Shown here piece after piece: positions 48,069 to 57,456 of a stretch of DNA of 64,000 nucleotides. How positions within the stretch are numbered: the first letter of the stretch is position 1; each line of letters begins with the position of its first letter. The notes below the pieces were generated by a model. That model was not told where the DNA came from and searched no databases. It saw nothing but the letters and a program-made list of their open reading frames with translations. The translations under genes and the position numbers were made by a program. Source of the stretch: an uncultured virus (IMG/VR IMGVR_UViG_3300008110_000016) (Duplodnaviria > Heunggongvirae > Uroviricota > Caudoviricetes); IMG/VR virus record IMGVR_UViG_3300008110_000016. One strand, 5' to 3'.

Positions 48069-50182
48069 TGTCTGTTGAGACGATAACACAAGAGCAAACT
48101 ACCACTAATTTTAATCCAAGTATAAGCAATAATAAAACCACTAATATGTTCTCGTTCAGAATAAGTGATGATTTTTTAGCTTCGTATAAGACAAAGACTC
48201 CTCCTTTTGGCTATAAAGATGCTGGCGGAAACTCAGTAGGTGAAATTACATTTCTTCGTACCTATTCGCGCCTAAAAGAAGACGGGACCAAAGAGACGTG
48301 GGTTGACGTATGTGAGAGAGTAATTAATGGAATGTACTCTTTACAGAAAGATCACTGCAAGAGAAATAGACTTCCATGGAATGATGCCAAGGCACAAGCT
48401 TCAGCTAAAGAGGCATTTGACCGTTTGTTTAACCTTAAGTGGACACCACCTGGAAGAGGACTTTGGGTTATGGGCACGCAGATTGTTAATGTACAGAGAA
48501 ACTCAGCTGCACTACAAAACTGTGCGTTTGTTTCAACCGCAGAAATGAACAAATTAAATCCAGCAAAACCATTTGCATTTCTCATGGAGGCGTCAATGCT
48601 TGGCGTTGGTGTTGGGTTTGATGACAAAGGTGCAGATAAGGATTTTACAATCTATGAACCATCAAAACCTGTAGTCACTGAAGCGATAGAGGACAGCAGA
48701 GAGGGTTGGGTACAGTCAGTAACCAATCTAATTAACTGCTATCTTAAAGCTGATCAAAACCCAATTGAGTTTGACTACTCTCTTGTTCGTCCAGCTGGAA
48801 CTCCAATTAAAACATTTGGTGGTACTGCATCTGGTCCTGGCCCGCTAATTAAGCTACACAAAGCAATCAACTCTTTATTTAAGGGCAGAGACGGACAGAA
48901 GCTCACTAGAAAAGATATAGCAGATATTGGTAACCTTATTGGAGTTTGCGTAGTGTCTGGAAATGTTAGAAGATCAGCAGAGCTTTTGATAGGAAGAATC
49001 GATGACGCAGACTTCTTGAACCTTAAAAACGCAGAAGTATTTCCTGAAAGAAATTCGTATGACTCTGAGAATCCTGGTTGGGGATGGATGTCAAACAATT
49101 CGGTTGAAACTTCTGTCGGCCAAGACCTTTCTCCAATTGTAGAGGGAATAGCTAGAAACGGAGAGCCAGGAGTAATTTGGCTTGACATGTCAAGAAAGTA
49201 TGGCCGTTTGGCAGATGCCCCAAACAACAAAGACTGGCGTGTAGCTGGCTATAACCCATGCGCAGAACAGTCCCTAGAGTCCTATGAGTGTTGCACTCTA
49301 GTAGAGACATATCTTAATCGTCACGAAAACCTAGAAGATTATAAGCGTACTCTTAAGTTTGCTTATCTTTATGCAAAGACAGTAACTCTGCTTCCAACCC
49401 ATTGGGAAGAGACAAATGCTATCATGCAACGCAACCGTAGAATTGGAACATCAATGTCTGGCGTTGCTAATTTTGCTGACAGCGTCGGTATGCCAGTGCT
49501 TCGTGAGTGGATGGACGAGGGTTATAAGACCGTTAAGAATTACGATACCGTATATTCAGAGTGGCTTGGTATTCGTGAGTCAATTAAGATGACTACCGTT
49601 AAGCCTTCAGGTACAGTTTCAATTCTTGCTGGTGAGTCACCTGGTGTTCACTGGACCCCTGGTGGAAAGTATTTTGACAGAGCAATTAGATTCTCTAACG
49701 ATGACCCAATGCTTCCTTTGTTTAAGATGGCAAACTATCGTGTTGAGCCTGCATCTGAATCACCAGATACTACAAGTGTTGTATTCTTTCCAATTAAGTC
49801 AGACGCCAATAGATCTGAAAAAGAAGTGACTATTTTTGAGAAAATGGCTCTTGCAGCAGCAGCTCAAAGATACTGGTCTGATAACTCTGTTTCTGTTACA
49901 ATTTCTTTCGACGCAGAAAAAGAAAAAGATTATATTGGTACAGTTCTTCACATGTATGATGGTCAGTTAAAGACTGTTTCCTTCCTTCCTGAGGGTAATA
50001 TGACTTACCCCCAGATGCCATACACTCAGATTACTGAAGAAGAATATGAATCATATACTGGAAAGTTATTCCCAATTGATTTCTCTGGAGTCTATGCTGG
50101 GATGGCCTCAGATGCAATAGGTGAAAACTACTGCACTACAGATTCATGTGAAATTAAATTTATAAAGGAAAACAATAAGTAA
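48065..50182 (+). CDS. nrdJ: Class II (adenosylcobalamin-dependent) ribonucleoside-triphosphate reductase, monomeric type
   Basis: FLRTYSR, PPGRGLW, ALQNCAF, GNVRRSA, NPCAEQSLESYECCTL, TTVKPSGTVS and the C-terminal CTTDSC redox pair. Confidence 0.93.
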   Translation: MMSVETITQEQTTTNFNPSISNNKTTNMFSFRISDDFLASYKTKTPPFGYKDAGGNSVGEITFLRTYSRLKEDGTKETWVDVCERVINGMYSLQKDHCKRNRLPWNDAKAQASAKEAFDRLFNLKWTPPGRGLWVMGTQIVNVQRNSAALQNCAFVSTAEMNKLNPAKPFAFLMEASMLGVGVGFDDKGADKDFTIYEPSKPVVTEAIEDSREGWVQSVTNLINCYLKADQNPIEFDYSLVRPAGTPIKTFGGTASGPGPLIKLHKAINSLFKGRDGQKLTRKDIADIGNLIGVCVVSGNVRRSAELLIGRIDDADFLNLKNAEVFPERNSYDSENPGWGWMSNNSVETSVGQDLSPIVEGIARNGEPGVIWLDMSRKYGRLADAPNNKDWRVAGYNPCAEQSLESYECCTLVETYLNRHENLEDYKRTLKFAYLYAKTVTLLPTHWEETNAIMQRNRRIGTSMSGVANFADSVGMPVLREWMDEGYKTVKNYDTVYSEWLGIRESIKMTTVKPSGTVSILAGESPGVHWTPGGKYFDRAIRFSNDDPMLPLFKMANYRVEPASESPDTTSVVFFPIKSDANRSEKEVTIFEKMALAAAAQRYWSDNSVSVTISFDAEKEKDYIGTVLHMYDGQLKTVSFLPEGNMTYPQMPYTQITEEEYESYTGKLFPIDFSGVYAGMASDAIGENYCTTDSCEIKFIKENNK

Positions 50183-50191
50183 ACGATAAGT

Positions 50192-50548
50192 ATGTCAGAA
50201 TTTGAAGATGATGATATAGATAAAATGTTTGAAGAAATAATAGGGTCAGACGGACTAGAGGATATGAAGTCTCATGAAGTCGATGCTATTATTAACATAG
50301 AAAAAGTTTCCACAGAGATTCTCTTAAAGGAATTGAATTTTATAATTCAATCTCTATCTAGGGCTACTACTCATGTTTCCGAATTGGCTATTAGCTTTAT
50401 GTCAATAGAGGATTATGCCCTAGATGATGATTTAAGAGATCTCTTGGGAACTATCTATAAGTTAACTGAAGATTTAGATGAATATATGGTAGAATTATTT
50501 ATAGAAGAATCAGAGTTATTAGAAGAAGAAGATGAAGAAGATGAGTGA
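50192..50548 (+). CDS. Highly acidic hypothetical protein
   Basis: 118 aa with a very high D/E content. Confidence 0.6.
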   Translation: MSEFEDDDIDKMFEEIIGSDGLEDMKSHEVDAIINIEKVSTEILLKELNFIIQSLSRATTHVSELAISFMSIEDYALDDDLRDLLGTIYKLTEDLDEYMVELFIEESELLEEEDEEDE

Positions 50549-51248
50549 TAATAATTTAGTTACAGTTTTAGATAACGGTTACGTACGCCTCGTTGACCAT
50601 ATGGGGTCTGATCTCTCTGTCGTTAATGCGGCAAGAGCTTCTTTTGCAAAAGAAAGTAAAGAGTTTTCTACTAGCGATGCTAGATTGATAGACTTTTTGG
50701 CCAGAGAAAATCATATGTCTCCATTTCGTCACGCCTTTATGACTTTTGAATTTAAGGCTCCATTGATGGTTGCACGACAGCATTGGAAATATGTTGTTGG
50801 TTCCGATCACACAATGGACTCTTGGAACGAGTCTTCTAGAAGATATGTGACAATGGAGCCAGAGTTTTATATACCAAAGTCTGATCAGTGGAGATTAGCT
50901 CCAGAAGATAAAAAACAAGGCTCTGCTGGACTGTCTGATCCTTTTACTGGAGCTGCTCTTTCTGAGCAATTGATTAGATATATAGAACAAGGTGAGGCAT
51001 ATTACAACCTGGCAATGGAGTCTGGAATTGCTCCAGAACAAGCAAGATTATTCCTTCCGGCATATGCTATGCATGTAGTTTACAGATGGTCATGCAGCCT
51101 TCAGTCAGCATGTCTTTTCTTAGTGCAGAGACTAGAAGAGCAGGCGCAAGAGGAAATTAGAGACTATGCAGAAGCAGTCCTTTTGCTTATAAAAGATTTG
51201 TATCCTGTGTCCATCAAGGCACTTGTTGGCAAGTACTCATATGCTTGA
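50541..51248 (+). CDS. thyX: FAD-dependent thymidylate synthase
   Basis: MGSDLSVVNAARASF, HMSPFRH, VARQHWKY, SWNESSRRY, APEQARLFLP, AQEEIRDYA. Confidence 0.92.
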   Translation: MSDNNLVTVLDNGYVRLVDHMGSDLSVVNAARASFAKESKEFSTSDARLIDFLARENHMSPFRHAFMTFEFKAPLMVARQHWKYVVGSDHTMDSWNESSRRYVTMEPEFYIPKSDQWRLAPEDKKQGSAGLSDPFTGAALSEQLIRYIEQGEAYYNLAMESGIAPEQARLFLPAYAMHVVYRWSCSLQSACLFLVQRLEEQAQEEIRDYAEAVLLLIKDLYPVSIKALVGKYSYA

Positions 51249-51405
51249 TGTTTTATATATAATTCTATTTTCCATAGCCATTAATTGGATGATTAGCTTG
51301 TCTATTCTTTTTCAGGTTACTGAAGATAAGGCAATTAAGATAAGATCTGGTATACTGTTGTTCTTATCGGGAATTATTAGTGGGTGTTTGATTTACTTAT
51401 TATGA
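51241..51405 (+). CDS. Small two-TM membrane protein
   Basis: Two hydrophobic stretches in ~54 aa. Confidence 0.45.
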   Translation: MLDVLYIILFSIAINWMISLSILFQVTEDKAIKIRSGILLFLSGIISGCLIYLL

Positions 51406-51860
51406 CTTACGGTGACTTAACAAGAAAAGATCTGCAATACATGCAGATGTGTTATAGTGCAGCTACAATCTTTTCTACATGTGGAAAGAAGAAATACGCT
51501 GCCATATTAGTAGACGAGTACGGTCACATTGTTGGCTTTGGCTATAATGGTGGTCCTAGTGGGTCAGTCCATTGTGAAGATGGAGGATGTCCTAGATACA
51601 AGGAAATGTCTCCTAGCGGATCTAACTACGACAATTGTATTTCTATTCATGCTGAAGCAAATGCCCTTTTGCATTCTGACTATAGCTCTAGACCAAGAAA
51701 GATATATGTCAACGGACCACCATGTCTTGGTTGCGCTAAGCTAATAGCAAATAGCACAATCACTGATGTTTATTATGTAACAGATAATGATTACACTAAC
51801 TGGGATAACATAGAAACATTCCTTAATTCATGTAATATACAAACCCATAGGATAAAATAG
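51402..51860 (+). CDS. dCMP deaminase (cytidine/deoxycytidylate deaminase family)
   Basis: GYNG, HAEANAL and PPCLGC zinc motifs. Confidence 0.9.
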   Translation: MTYGDLTRKDLQYMQMCYSAATIFSTCGKKKYAAILVDEYGHIVGFGYNGGPSGSVHCEDGGCPRYKEMSPSGSNYDNCISIHAEANALLHSDYSSRPRKIYVNGPPCLGCAKLIANSTITDVYYVTDNDYTNWDNIETFLNSCNIQTHRIK

Positions 51861-52105
51861 TGGCTGCATCAAAAGTAAACTATATAGTTATTTACGCTGG
51901 ACACAGTCAGGTGTATGGGTGCTCTTCAAAGAAGATAGCATTGGAATCTGCTCCTCCAGAAGGGTGTTCTTTATCTGATAAAAAGGTGTTATTTATAACA
52001 TTTGAGCCTGATACAAATCAACTTTCAGTATATAAAGTCGATGATGATGAGGTTATCAATGCTGATATAAAGCTAAAAAAAGAGAAAAAAACAGAAAATG
52101 AGTAA
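51860..52105 (+). CDS. Hypothetical protein
   Basis: 81 aa coupled ORF. Confidence 0.5.
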   Translation: MAASKVNYIVIYAGHSQVYGCSSKKIALESAPPEGCSLSDKKVLFITFEPDTNQLSVYKVDDDEVINADIKLKKEKKTENE

Positions 52106-52337
52106 GAAAAATTCCTACAAAAAAAAGATAAACGTAAAACTTTTACCAGGACAAGCTGCATTTGTTGCTGATTTAGAAACACTTCAACATATCATAGATA
52201 CATATAAGTATTTATCTGAGTCAGCTGAAACAAAGCAAGAGAAAGAATCTTGGTTAGCAATCTGTGAAGATATAGCTTACTGGATAAACGAAACATACTA
52301 TTCGGATCAGGACAATGGACAAGAAGAAGAATGGTAA
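52098..52337 (+). CDS. Hypothetical protein
   Basis: 79 aa overlapping ORF. Confidence 0.5.
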   Translation: MSKKNSYKKKINVKLLPGQAAFVADLETLQHIIDTYKYLSESAETKQEKESWLAICEDIAYWINETYYSDQDNGQEEEW

Positions 52338-52599
52338 AGTTTTAGTTTTTTTATTAGGATGCTTTTCTGTAGGTCTAATAGCTGGATCTATCAGTAAAAA
52401 TAAGTTTAAGAAAAACTTTATTAACAACCCTCTAACAATAGAGAACTACGTAAATAGACTTTCTGAGTTTGATTTAACACCGCAAAAAGAAGCCTCTGAG
52501 CTATTCTTTGATCTTATCTCTAGTGGTTTTAATGCACAAAAAGCTTTTGAAGTAGTACAAAAAGAATGTATTGAAGCTGGAGAAAAATTTTATGATTGA
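52315..52599 (+). CDS. Hypothetical protein with an N-terminal TM segment
   Basis: VLVFLLGCFSVGLIAGSI. Confidence 0.5.
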   Translation: MDKKKNGKVLVFLLGCFSVGLIAGSISKNKFKKNFINNPLTIENYVNRLSEFDLTPQKEASELFFDLISSGFNAQKAFEVVQKECIEAGEKFYD

Positions 52600-53407
52600 T
52601 TTATGTGTTGTAAACCATAACACAAGAACACTGTTGCAAAGATTTTTGGACACCTTGCACTCAGACATGTATGGTCCAAATGGCGCGCTCGCAAAAAACT
52701 GGAATCTTTACATTATGGATAATGATTCTACGGATGACTTTGTTCCATGGCTTAGAAAAAACGAACAACGCTATTGGATTAATAGAACCTATTTAAGAGA
52801 AAACGTAGGCTATTCCGCTGCCATTAACTATATGGCTAAAACAAGCAGCGCAGAAATTGTAGGTGTCTTAAACGGCGACGTATGGATGACTAGCGAAGAC
52901 TGTTTGAATATAGAAAAGATCTTTGCAAATAATCCTGATATTCACATTCTTGGCCCTAAGCAGAGAGATGAAAATGGCTACATAACACATGCAGGGATTA
53001 TTGGATCAAATACCGCTCCAAAACATAGAGGCTGGAGAGAGCATGATCCTGAAGATGTACTGTATAAAGATCAAATAGATTGTGTAACAGTATCAGGTTC
53101 TGCCTACTTTGTTAGAAGAGATGTGTGGGATACTCTAACTAATAACCCTAAATATAGAGAGTTATATCCAGATGCAGTAGGCGCATTCTTACCCACGCCT
53201 CATTATTACGAGGAAACCTGGTGTTCATATTTTGCAAGACATTTAGGATATAATGTAGTTTATGATGGTTCTGTTTCCATAGGACATAGCTGGCATGCAT
53301 CAACTCCACGACCAGGCCAAGGAGTAAGCCAAGCAGATAGATATTTTCCTATCTCTAGAGAAATTTTTAGAAAAGCATGTGATTACATGGGCATAGAAAG
53401 AGATTAG
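52592..53407 (+). CDS. Glycosyltransferase family 2 (WbbL/rhamnosyltransferase-like)
   Basis: IDLCVVNHNT, MDNDSTDD, ENVGYSAAIN, LNGD, VSGSAYFVRR, HYYEETW, IGH. Confidence 0.88.
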   Translation: MIDLCVVNHNTRTLLQRFLDTLHSDMYGPNGALAKNWNLYIMDNDSTDDFVPWLRKNEQRYWINRTYLRENVGYSAAINYMAKTSSAEIVGVLNGDVWMTSEDCLNIEKIFANNPDIHILGPKQRDENGYITHAGIIGSNTAPKHRGWREHDPEDVLYKDQIDCVTVSGSAYFVRRDVWDTLTNNPKYRELYPDAVGAFLPTPHYYEETWCSYFARHLGYNVVYDGSVSIGHSWHASTPRPGQGVSQADRYFPISREIFRKACDYMGIERD

Positions 53408-53408
53408 T

Positions 53409-53804
53409 ATGAGCGATAAATTAAATCCTTGGATATACAATGCAGAAGTAAAAAAGGTTATTGACGGAGATACATTTGATATCGTTATTGACCTTGGCTT
53501 TGACACTCTTAAGAAGGGTAGAGTTCGATTATATGGCGTGAACACACCAGAAAGCAGAACTTCTAATGTGGAAGAAAAAAAGCAGGGATTAGCTGCAAAA
53601 GAATTTACTGATCAGTGGCTTCAAAAAGCAGGAAGCTGGGTAAAAATAGAAACAATTATTGACAAGAACGAAAAGTATGGTAGAGTCTTAGCCAAGGTTT
53701 GGGATAATGCTGGCAACTGTCTAAATACAGATATTATTGCAGCTGGACTGGCTAGAGAATACTATGGCGTTGGCGATAAAACCTGGACTGAATTTAAAAA
53801 GTAA
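53409..53804 (+). CDS. Thermonuclease (staphylococcal nuclease homologue)
   Basis: KVIDGDTFD, RVRLYGVNTPE, EKYGRVLA, LNTDIIAAGLA. Confidence 0.9.
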   Translation: MSDKLNPWIYNAEVKKVIDGDTFDIVIDLGFDTLKKGRVRLYGVNTPESRTSNVEEKKQGLAAKEFTDQWLQKAGSWVKIETIIDKNEKYGRVLAKVWDNAGNCLNTDIIAAGLAREYYGVGDKTWTEFKK

Positions 53805-53805
53805 A

Positions 53806-55002
53806 ATGCTTGTAACTGATTTAGAAATACCATTTGTCAAACACACATATACAAGAAAAGAACAAAGACAAGAAACTTTTCAATTAAGAGAGAAAAGTTG
53901 GATTGGCAAAAATAATATAGGTTATGTTCTCTTTAGAAATGAAGACATTAATCACGTACTAAGAGATGGTCGTTGGCACACAGCCATAGGTCTTTTGGCT
54001 GATATAAATCCAAATCTTACTGTTGAGTTTAAAAACAGAAGAAAAAAAGGATTAATGGCTTTAAATGGTGAAGCACATGCTAAGTTGAAGAAGTTAGTAA
54101 TGCCAGCTTTCAATGCAACTCATGTCAATAGCATAAGACCTTTTATGAATCATCTAATGGGCGAACTACTACATTCTCTAAGTGAAAAAAAAGAAATAGA
54201 CTTACAAAAGGATATATTTAATTATTATCCTATTCCAATACTATGTAAACTTTTTGGAATACCAAGTGAAGACTGGGAACTTTTTAGTGACTGGTCTCAT
54301 TTAATGTTTAATATATTTAATCTAAATGGAGAAATTGATCAAAAAAAAGTAGCATCTGCTCAAAATCTTTTTGACGAATACACGACTGAGCTGATAAAGA
54401 ATAAAAGAAAAAATTTAACAGATGATCTTTTATCTGATTTAATTAGATCAGAGCAAGACGGTGACAAACTGTCTAACGAAGAGCTGACTATGCTGATTGA
54501 AATAATTATAGCTAGTGGAATAGACACAACTAGATGTCAGCTAGGTCTTTTTACTAGAACTCTTTTAGAAAATAATCTTTTTAATAAAGATATGAATTTT
54601 TCTTTAGATGAAATAATTAGACACGACTCAGTTTTAAGAGGAACCGTAAGAATAGCTTCTACCGATATAGAATATCGTGGAATTGTTTTTCCTAAAGGAA
54701 CTCTTGTTTATTTAAATATTGTGTCTGCAAACTTTGATGACCTAGTATTTAATGATCCATTATCAATAATTAACAACAGAAAAGACTTTAATAAAACATT
54801 GTCTTTTGGAGCCGGATTACATTACTGCTTAGGTGCTGCATTAGCAAAAGCAGAAATAGAAGAGGGAATAAGTGTGTTAATAGGTCAATTAGCTGATAGA
54901 ATAGATTCTTGGGAGGCAGAAAATCTGCCTGTAACATCAGTAATTAATGGCTTAAGTTCACTAAAGGTTAGATTAAATGCAAACATTTCTTCCATATCCT
55001 GA
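53806..55002 (+). CDS. Cytochrome P450
   Basis: Haem motif SFGAGLHYCLGAALAKAE, ExxR (EIIR), I-helix ASGIDTT and GEAHAKLKKLVMPAF. Confidence 0.92.
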   Translation: MLVTDLEIPFVKHTYTRKEQRQETFQLREKSWIGKNNIGYVLFRNEDINHVLRDGRWHTAIGLLADINPNLTVEFKNRRKKGLMALNGEAHAKLKKLVMPAFNATHVNSIRPFMNHLMGELLHSLSEKKEIDLQKDIFNYYPIPILCKLFGIPSEDWELFSDWSHLMFNIFNLNGEIDQKKVASAQNLFDEYTTELIKNKRKNLTDDLLSDLIRSEQDGDKLSNEELTMLIEIIIASGIDTTRCQLGLFTRTLLENNLFNKDMNFSLDEIIRHDSVLRGTVRIASTDIEYRGIVFPKGTLVYLNIVSANFDDLVFNDPLSIINNRKDFNKTLSFGAGLHYCLGAALAKAEIEEGISVLIGQLADRIDSWEAENLPVTSVINGLSSLKVRLNANISSIS

Positions 55003-55381
55003 TTTTATTCAATCAGTAAAAGTGCTAGACTACCGTCGGCTAGGAAAACAGCGTGTTGAAACTTTTCAAGTTCTCAATATTCTCTTAGATAGAACTCCAA
55101 CAAAAGGTTGGAGAAATCACCCAGTAACAAAAATGTGGACTGGCTATGAAGAAGCTCTAAAGTTATATCAAAATTTTACCATTCTAGAATGGATAGATAG
55201 AGGATATAAAAACACAATGAAATTTGAACACATAGATCATTCATCATTAAAATATCCGGAATGGTTTGGTAAAGAAGAGTTTCATAAATCACACAGATCA
55301 AATCTTCTTAGAAAAGACTATGAATATTATTCTCAATACTTTGACGATCCAGCTGATTTAGAGTATTATTGGCCTTCATGA
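54977..55381 (+). CDS. MSMEG_6728-like / pyrimidine-dimer glycosylase-related protein
   Basis: MQTFLPYPDF, LDYRRLGKQRVE, GWRNHPVTKMW, FHKSHRSNLLRKD, YYWP. Confidence 0.8.
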   Translation: MQTFLPYPDFIQSVKVLDYRRLGKQRVETFQVLNILLDRTPTKGWRNHPVTKMWTGYEEALKLYQNFTILEWIDRGYKNTMKFEHIDHSSLKYPEWFGKEEFHKSHRSNLLRKDYEYYSQYFDDPADLEYYWPS

Positions 55382-55782
55382 GTATTACAGTATATTTAGC
55401 AGGAGCGATGGACTATGTTGGCGACTATGCCAAAGGTTGGCGTCAAGAAGCTGCGTTTTTACTTTCCCAAAGAGGGTACAGAACCTTGGATCCAACTTCT
55501 ATCCCAGAAGATTATTCAATGACGCCAGAGGAAATTGCACAAAAAAATCTCTTCATGCAGAAGAAATGTGATTTATTGCTGGTAGAATACATGCTAGAAG
55601 ATAGAGCTTACATAGGTACAGATTTTGAAATGGCTTGGGCTAAAATGCACAATCAACCCACCATAGTTATGTGCTCTAATCAAAATAAAGATCGACCATA
55701 TATGAAATATATGGCCACAAAGCTTGCAGATAACCTGCAAGATGCTATAGAATATATAGCAATCCATTATCCAACTAACTAA
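55378..55782 (+). CDS. Nucleoside 2-deoxyribosyltransferase / deoxynucleotide N-hydrolase-like protein
   Basis: VYLAGAM, LDP, CDLLLV, GTDFEMAWA. Confidence 0.75.
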   Translation: MSITVYLAGAMDYVGDYAKGWRQEAAFLLSQRGYRTLDPTSIPEDYSMTPEEIAQKNLFMQKKCDLLLVEYMLEDRAYIGTDFEMAWAKMHNQPTIVMCSNQNKDRPYMKYMATKLADNLQDAIEYIAIHYPTN

Positions 55783-55799
55783 CAAAAGGAATAAATAAA

Positions 55800-55982
55800 A
55801 TGTCAGAGAACAAGTTCAAGTACTTTACTGTAACGACAACTACTTTGGTAAAGGCAAATAGCAAGACCGATGCTCAGAAGCTTGCTATGGGTCGCCGTGG
55901 CGTTACTGGTGAGGTCATGTTCAAGGATGTTGAAATCGAGCGAATCTCAGCTGTTGAGGCTCGCGAGCAGATCATCGCCTGA
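55800..55982 (+). CDS. Small protein homologous to the N-terminus of the 26268 phosphoesterase
   Basis: SD AAAGGA; codon usage (CGC/CGT/ATC/GAG) differs from neighbours; followed by a strong hairpin. Confidence 0.7.
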   Translation: MSENKFKYFTVTTTTLVKANSKTDAQKLAMGRRGVTGEVMFKDVEIERISAVEAREQIIA

Positions 55983-55998
55983 TTGTAGTATTGTCCTT

Positions 55999-56026
55999 AG
56001 GGGAGGGTCGGTTTCGGCCCTCCCCT
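55999..56026 (+). terminator. GC-rich 12 bp hairpin (terminator or stabiliser, no U-tract)
   Basis: AGGGGAGGGTCG-GTTT-CGGCCCTCCCCT with one G-U pair. Confidence 0.6.
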
Positions 56027-56048
56027 TACCCTATAGAAAGATAAGCAT

Positions 56049-56741
56049 ATGATATATGCACAAATGGTTGGAAGAAATGAATCTTCCAGATTTCTAGAGC
56101 CAGTTCTAGAAAGACTATCTACTCAGGTAGATAAAATAATTTTTACTGACGACTGTTCAACAGATGATACCGCAGAAGTAGCATCTAAATATGCTGAGGT
56201 GTTTACTACGCCAGAGCCAATGTTTACAAAACACGAAGGCCAACTTAGAGCTTTTGCTTGGGGTAACTTAGAAAAGTTTGCATCTCCAGGTGATTGGGTT
56301 ATCGCTATAGATTGTGATGAAAAGCTCTACCATGTAGATGATCTAAATATTAGATCAGTTTTAGCTAAGTCTCAATTTGATGTTGTAAACGTTCGCTTTT
56401 ATCATATGTGGAGTGAAACACATTACAGAGTAGATAAACTTTGGGCACCTAATAACTCATCAAGAATCTTTAGATTTAAAGAAGGTGCTGGATTCCAAAA
56501 CAAGGCACTTGCGTGTGGTTCTGAGCCAACATATGTTCCTCAGTGGATTCGTCAAAGAAACTACTGGGTAGACTCAGGTCTGATAATGCAGCATCTCGGT
56601 TATACTTATGATGAAGATAAAAAGTCTAAGTATGAGAGATACTCTACATTAGACGGTGGACAGTTTCATGCTTTAAATCATATTAATTCTATAATAGATC
56701 CTAATCCAGTATTAATTCAATGGGGAAACTTCGGTATTTAA
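56049..56741 (+). CDS. Glycosyltransferase family 2-like
   Basis: MVGRNE, FTDDCSTDDT, WVIAIDCDE (DxD), MQHLGY. Confidence 0.85.
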   Translation: MIYAQMVGRNESSRFLEPVLERLSTQVDKIIFTDDCSTDDTAEVASKYAEVFTTPEPMFTKHEGQLRAFAWGNLEKFASPGDWVIAIDCDEKLYHVDDLNIRSVLAKSQFDVVNVRFYHMWSETHYRVDKLWAPNNSSRIFRFKEGAGFQNKALACGSEPTYVPQWIRQRNYWVDSGLIMQHLGYTYDEDKKSKYERYSTLDGGQFHALNHINSIIDPNPVLIQWGNFGI

Positions 56742-56742
56742 A

Positions 56743-57456
56743 ATGAAAGACAATAACTTAATATTAGATCCAGTCAAGTCAATTGTAGACTTGACATATA
56801 AGATGGAACAGAAAAAGAAGTTTGCATATGTAAACATCTCTCGTTCCGCTATCAATTTAATGCTTCATAATAGCGATAAGAAGCCCCCAAAATACTTTGT
56901 CAAGTCATTAACAAAGTGTATGAATATTCAGGATCCAAACTTTCTAAAAGCTATTCCTGTTGAATTTTCTGAAGAAATTGAACAAGGTAAGCTAGCTGAG
57001 TTTGGCCTACAGAACGGTAGTAGTTACTACGATGCTGGAATGTTTGAATATTTTTTTGCAAACAAAAAAGAAGTAATAGACATATTTATTAATCATTATA
57101 TTAGGGAGTCAAAGAATGTCGTTTTATCTTTTCATGATAAGAAAACTGTTCAAAAAGTTTTTGGGCAAAATCAATATGTAGTTTCTGTTCCATATAATAA
57201 TTACTACGATAAGCTTGACTCAATAGTTGCCCAAGTTTCAGAGTTTGAGGGTGGAGTAGATAGCTGCATTTTAGATTGCCCAATGCTAGCTACAGCAGTA
57301 GCTCCTAAGCTATGGGAAAATTTGGATATGTCTATACTTGACTTTGGTAAAATTATTAGCTCTGTTAGATTTCTTGCTATGCAAAACGCAGAAAAAGAAA
57401 AGTCAGATGTAGATTCAAAGAAGAAGTTTTACAAAAAGCGTAATGAAAAAAGATAA
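56743..57456 (+). CDS. Possible GT-D-fold (DUF1792-like) glycosyltransferase-related protein
   Basis: VPYNNYYDKLDSI..CILDCPMLATAVA..SILDFGK resembles the GT-D C-terminus; adjacent to a GT2 gene. Confidence 0.45.
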   Translation: MKDNNLILDPVKSIVDLTYKMEQKKKFAYVNISRSAINLMLHNSDKKPPKYFVKSLTKCMNIQDPNFLKAIPVEFSEEIEQGKLAEFGLQNGSSYYDAGMFEYFFANKKEVIDIFINHYIRESKNVVLSFHDKKTVQKVFGQNQYVVSVPYNNYYDKLDSIVAQVSEFEGGVDSCILDCPMLATAVAPKLWENLDMSILDFGKIISSVRFLAMQNAEKEKSDVDSKKKFYKKRNEKR

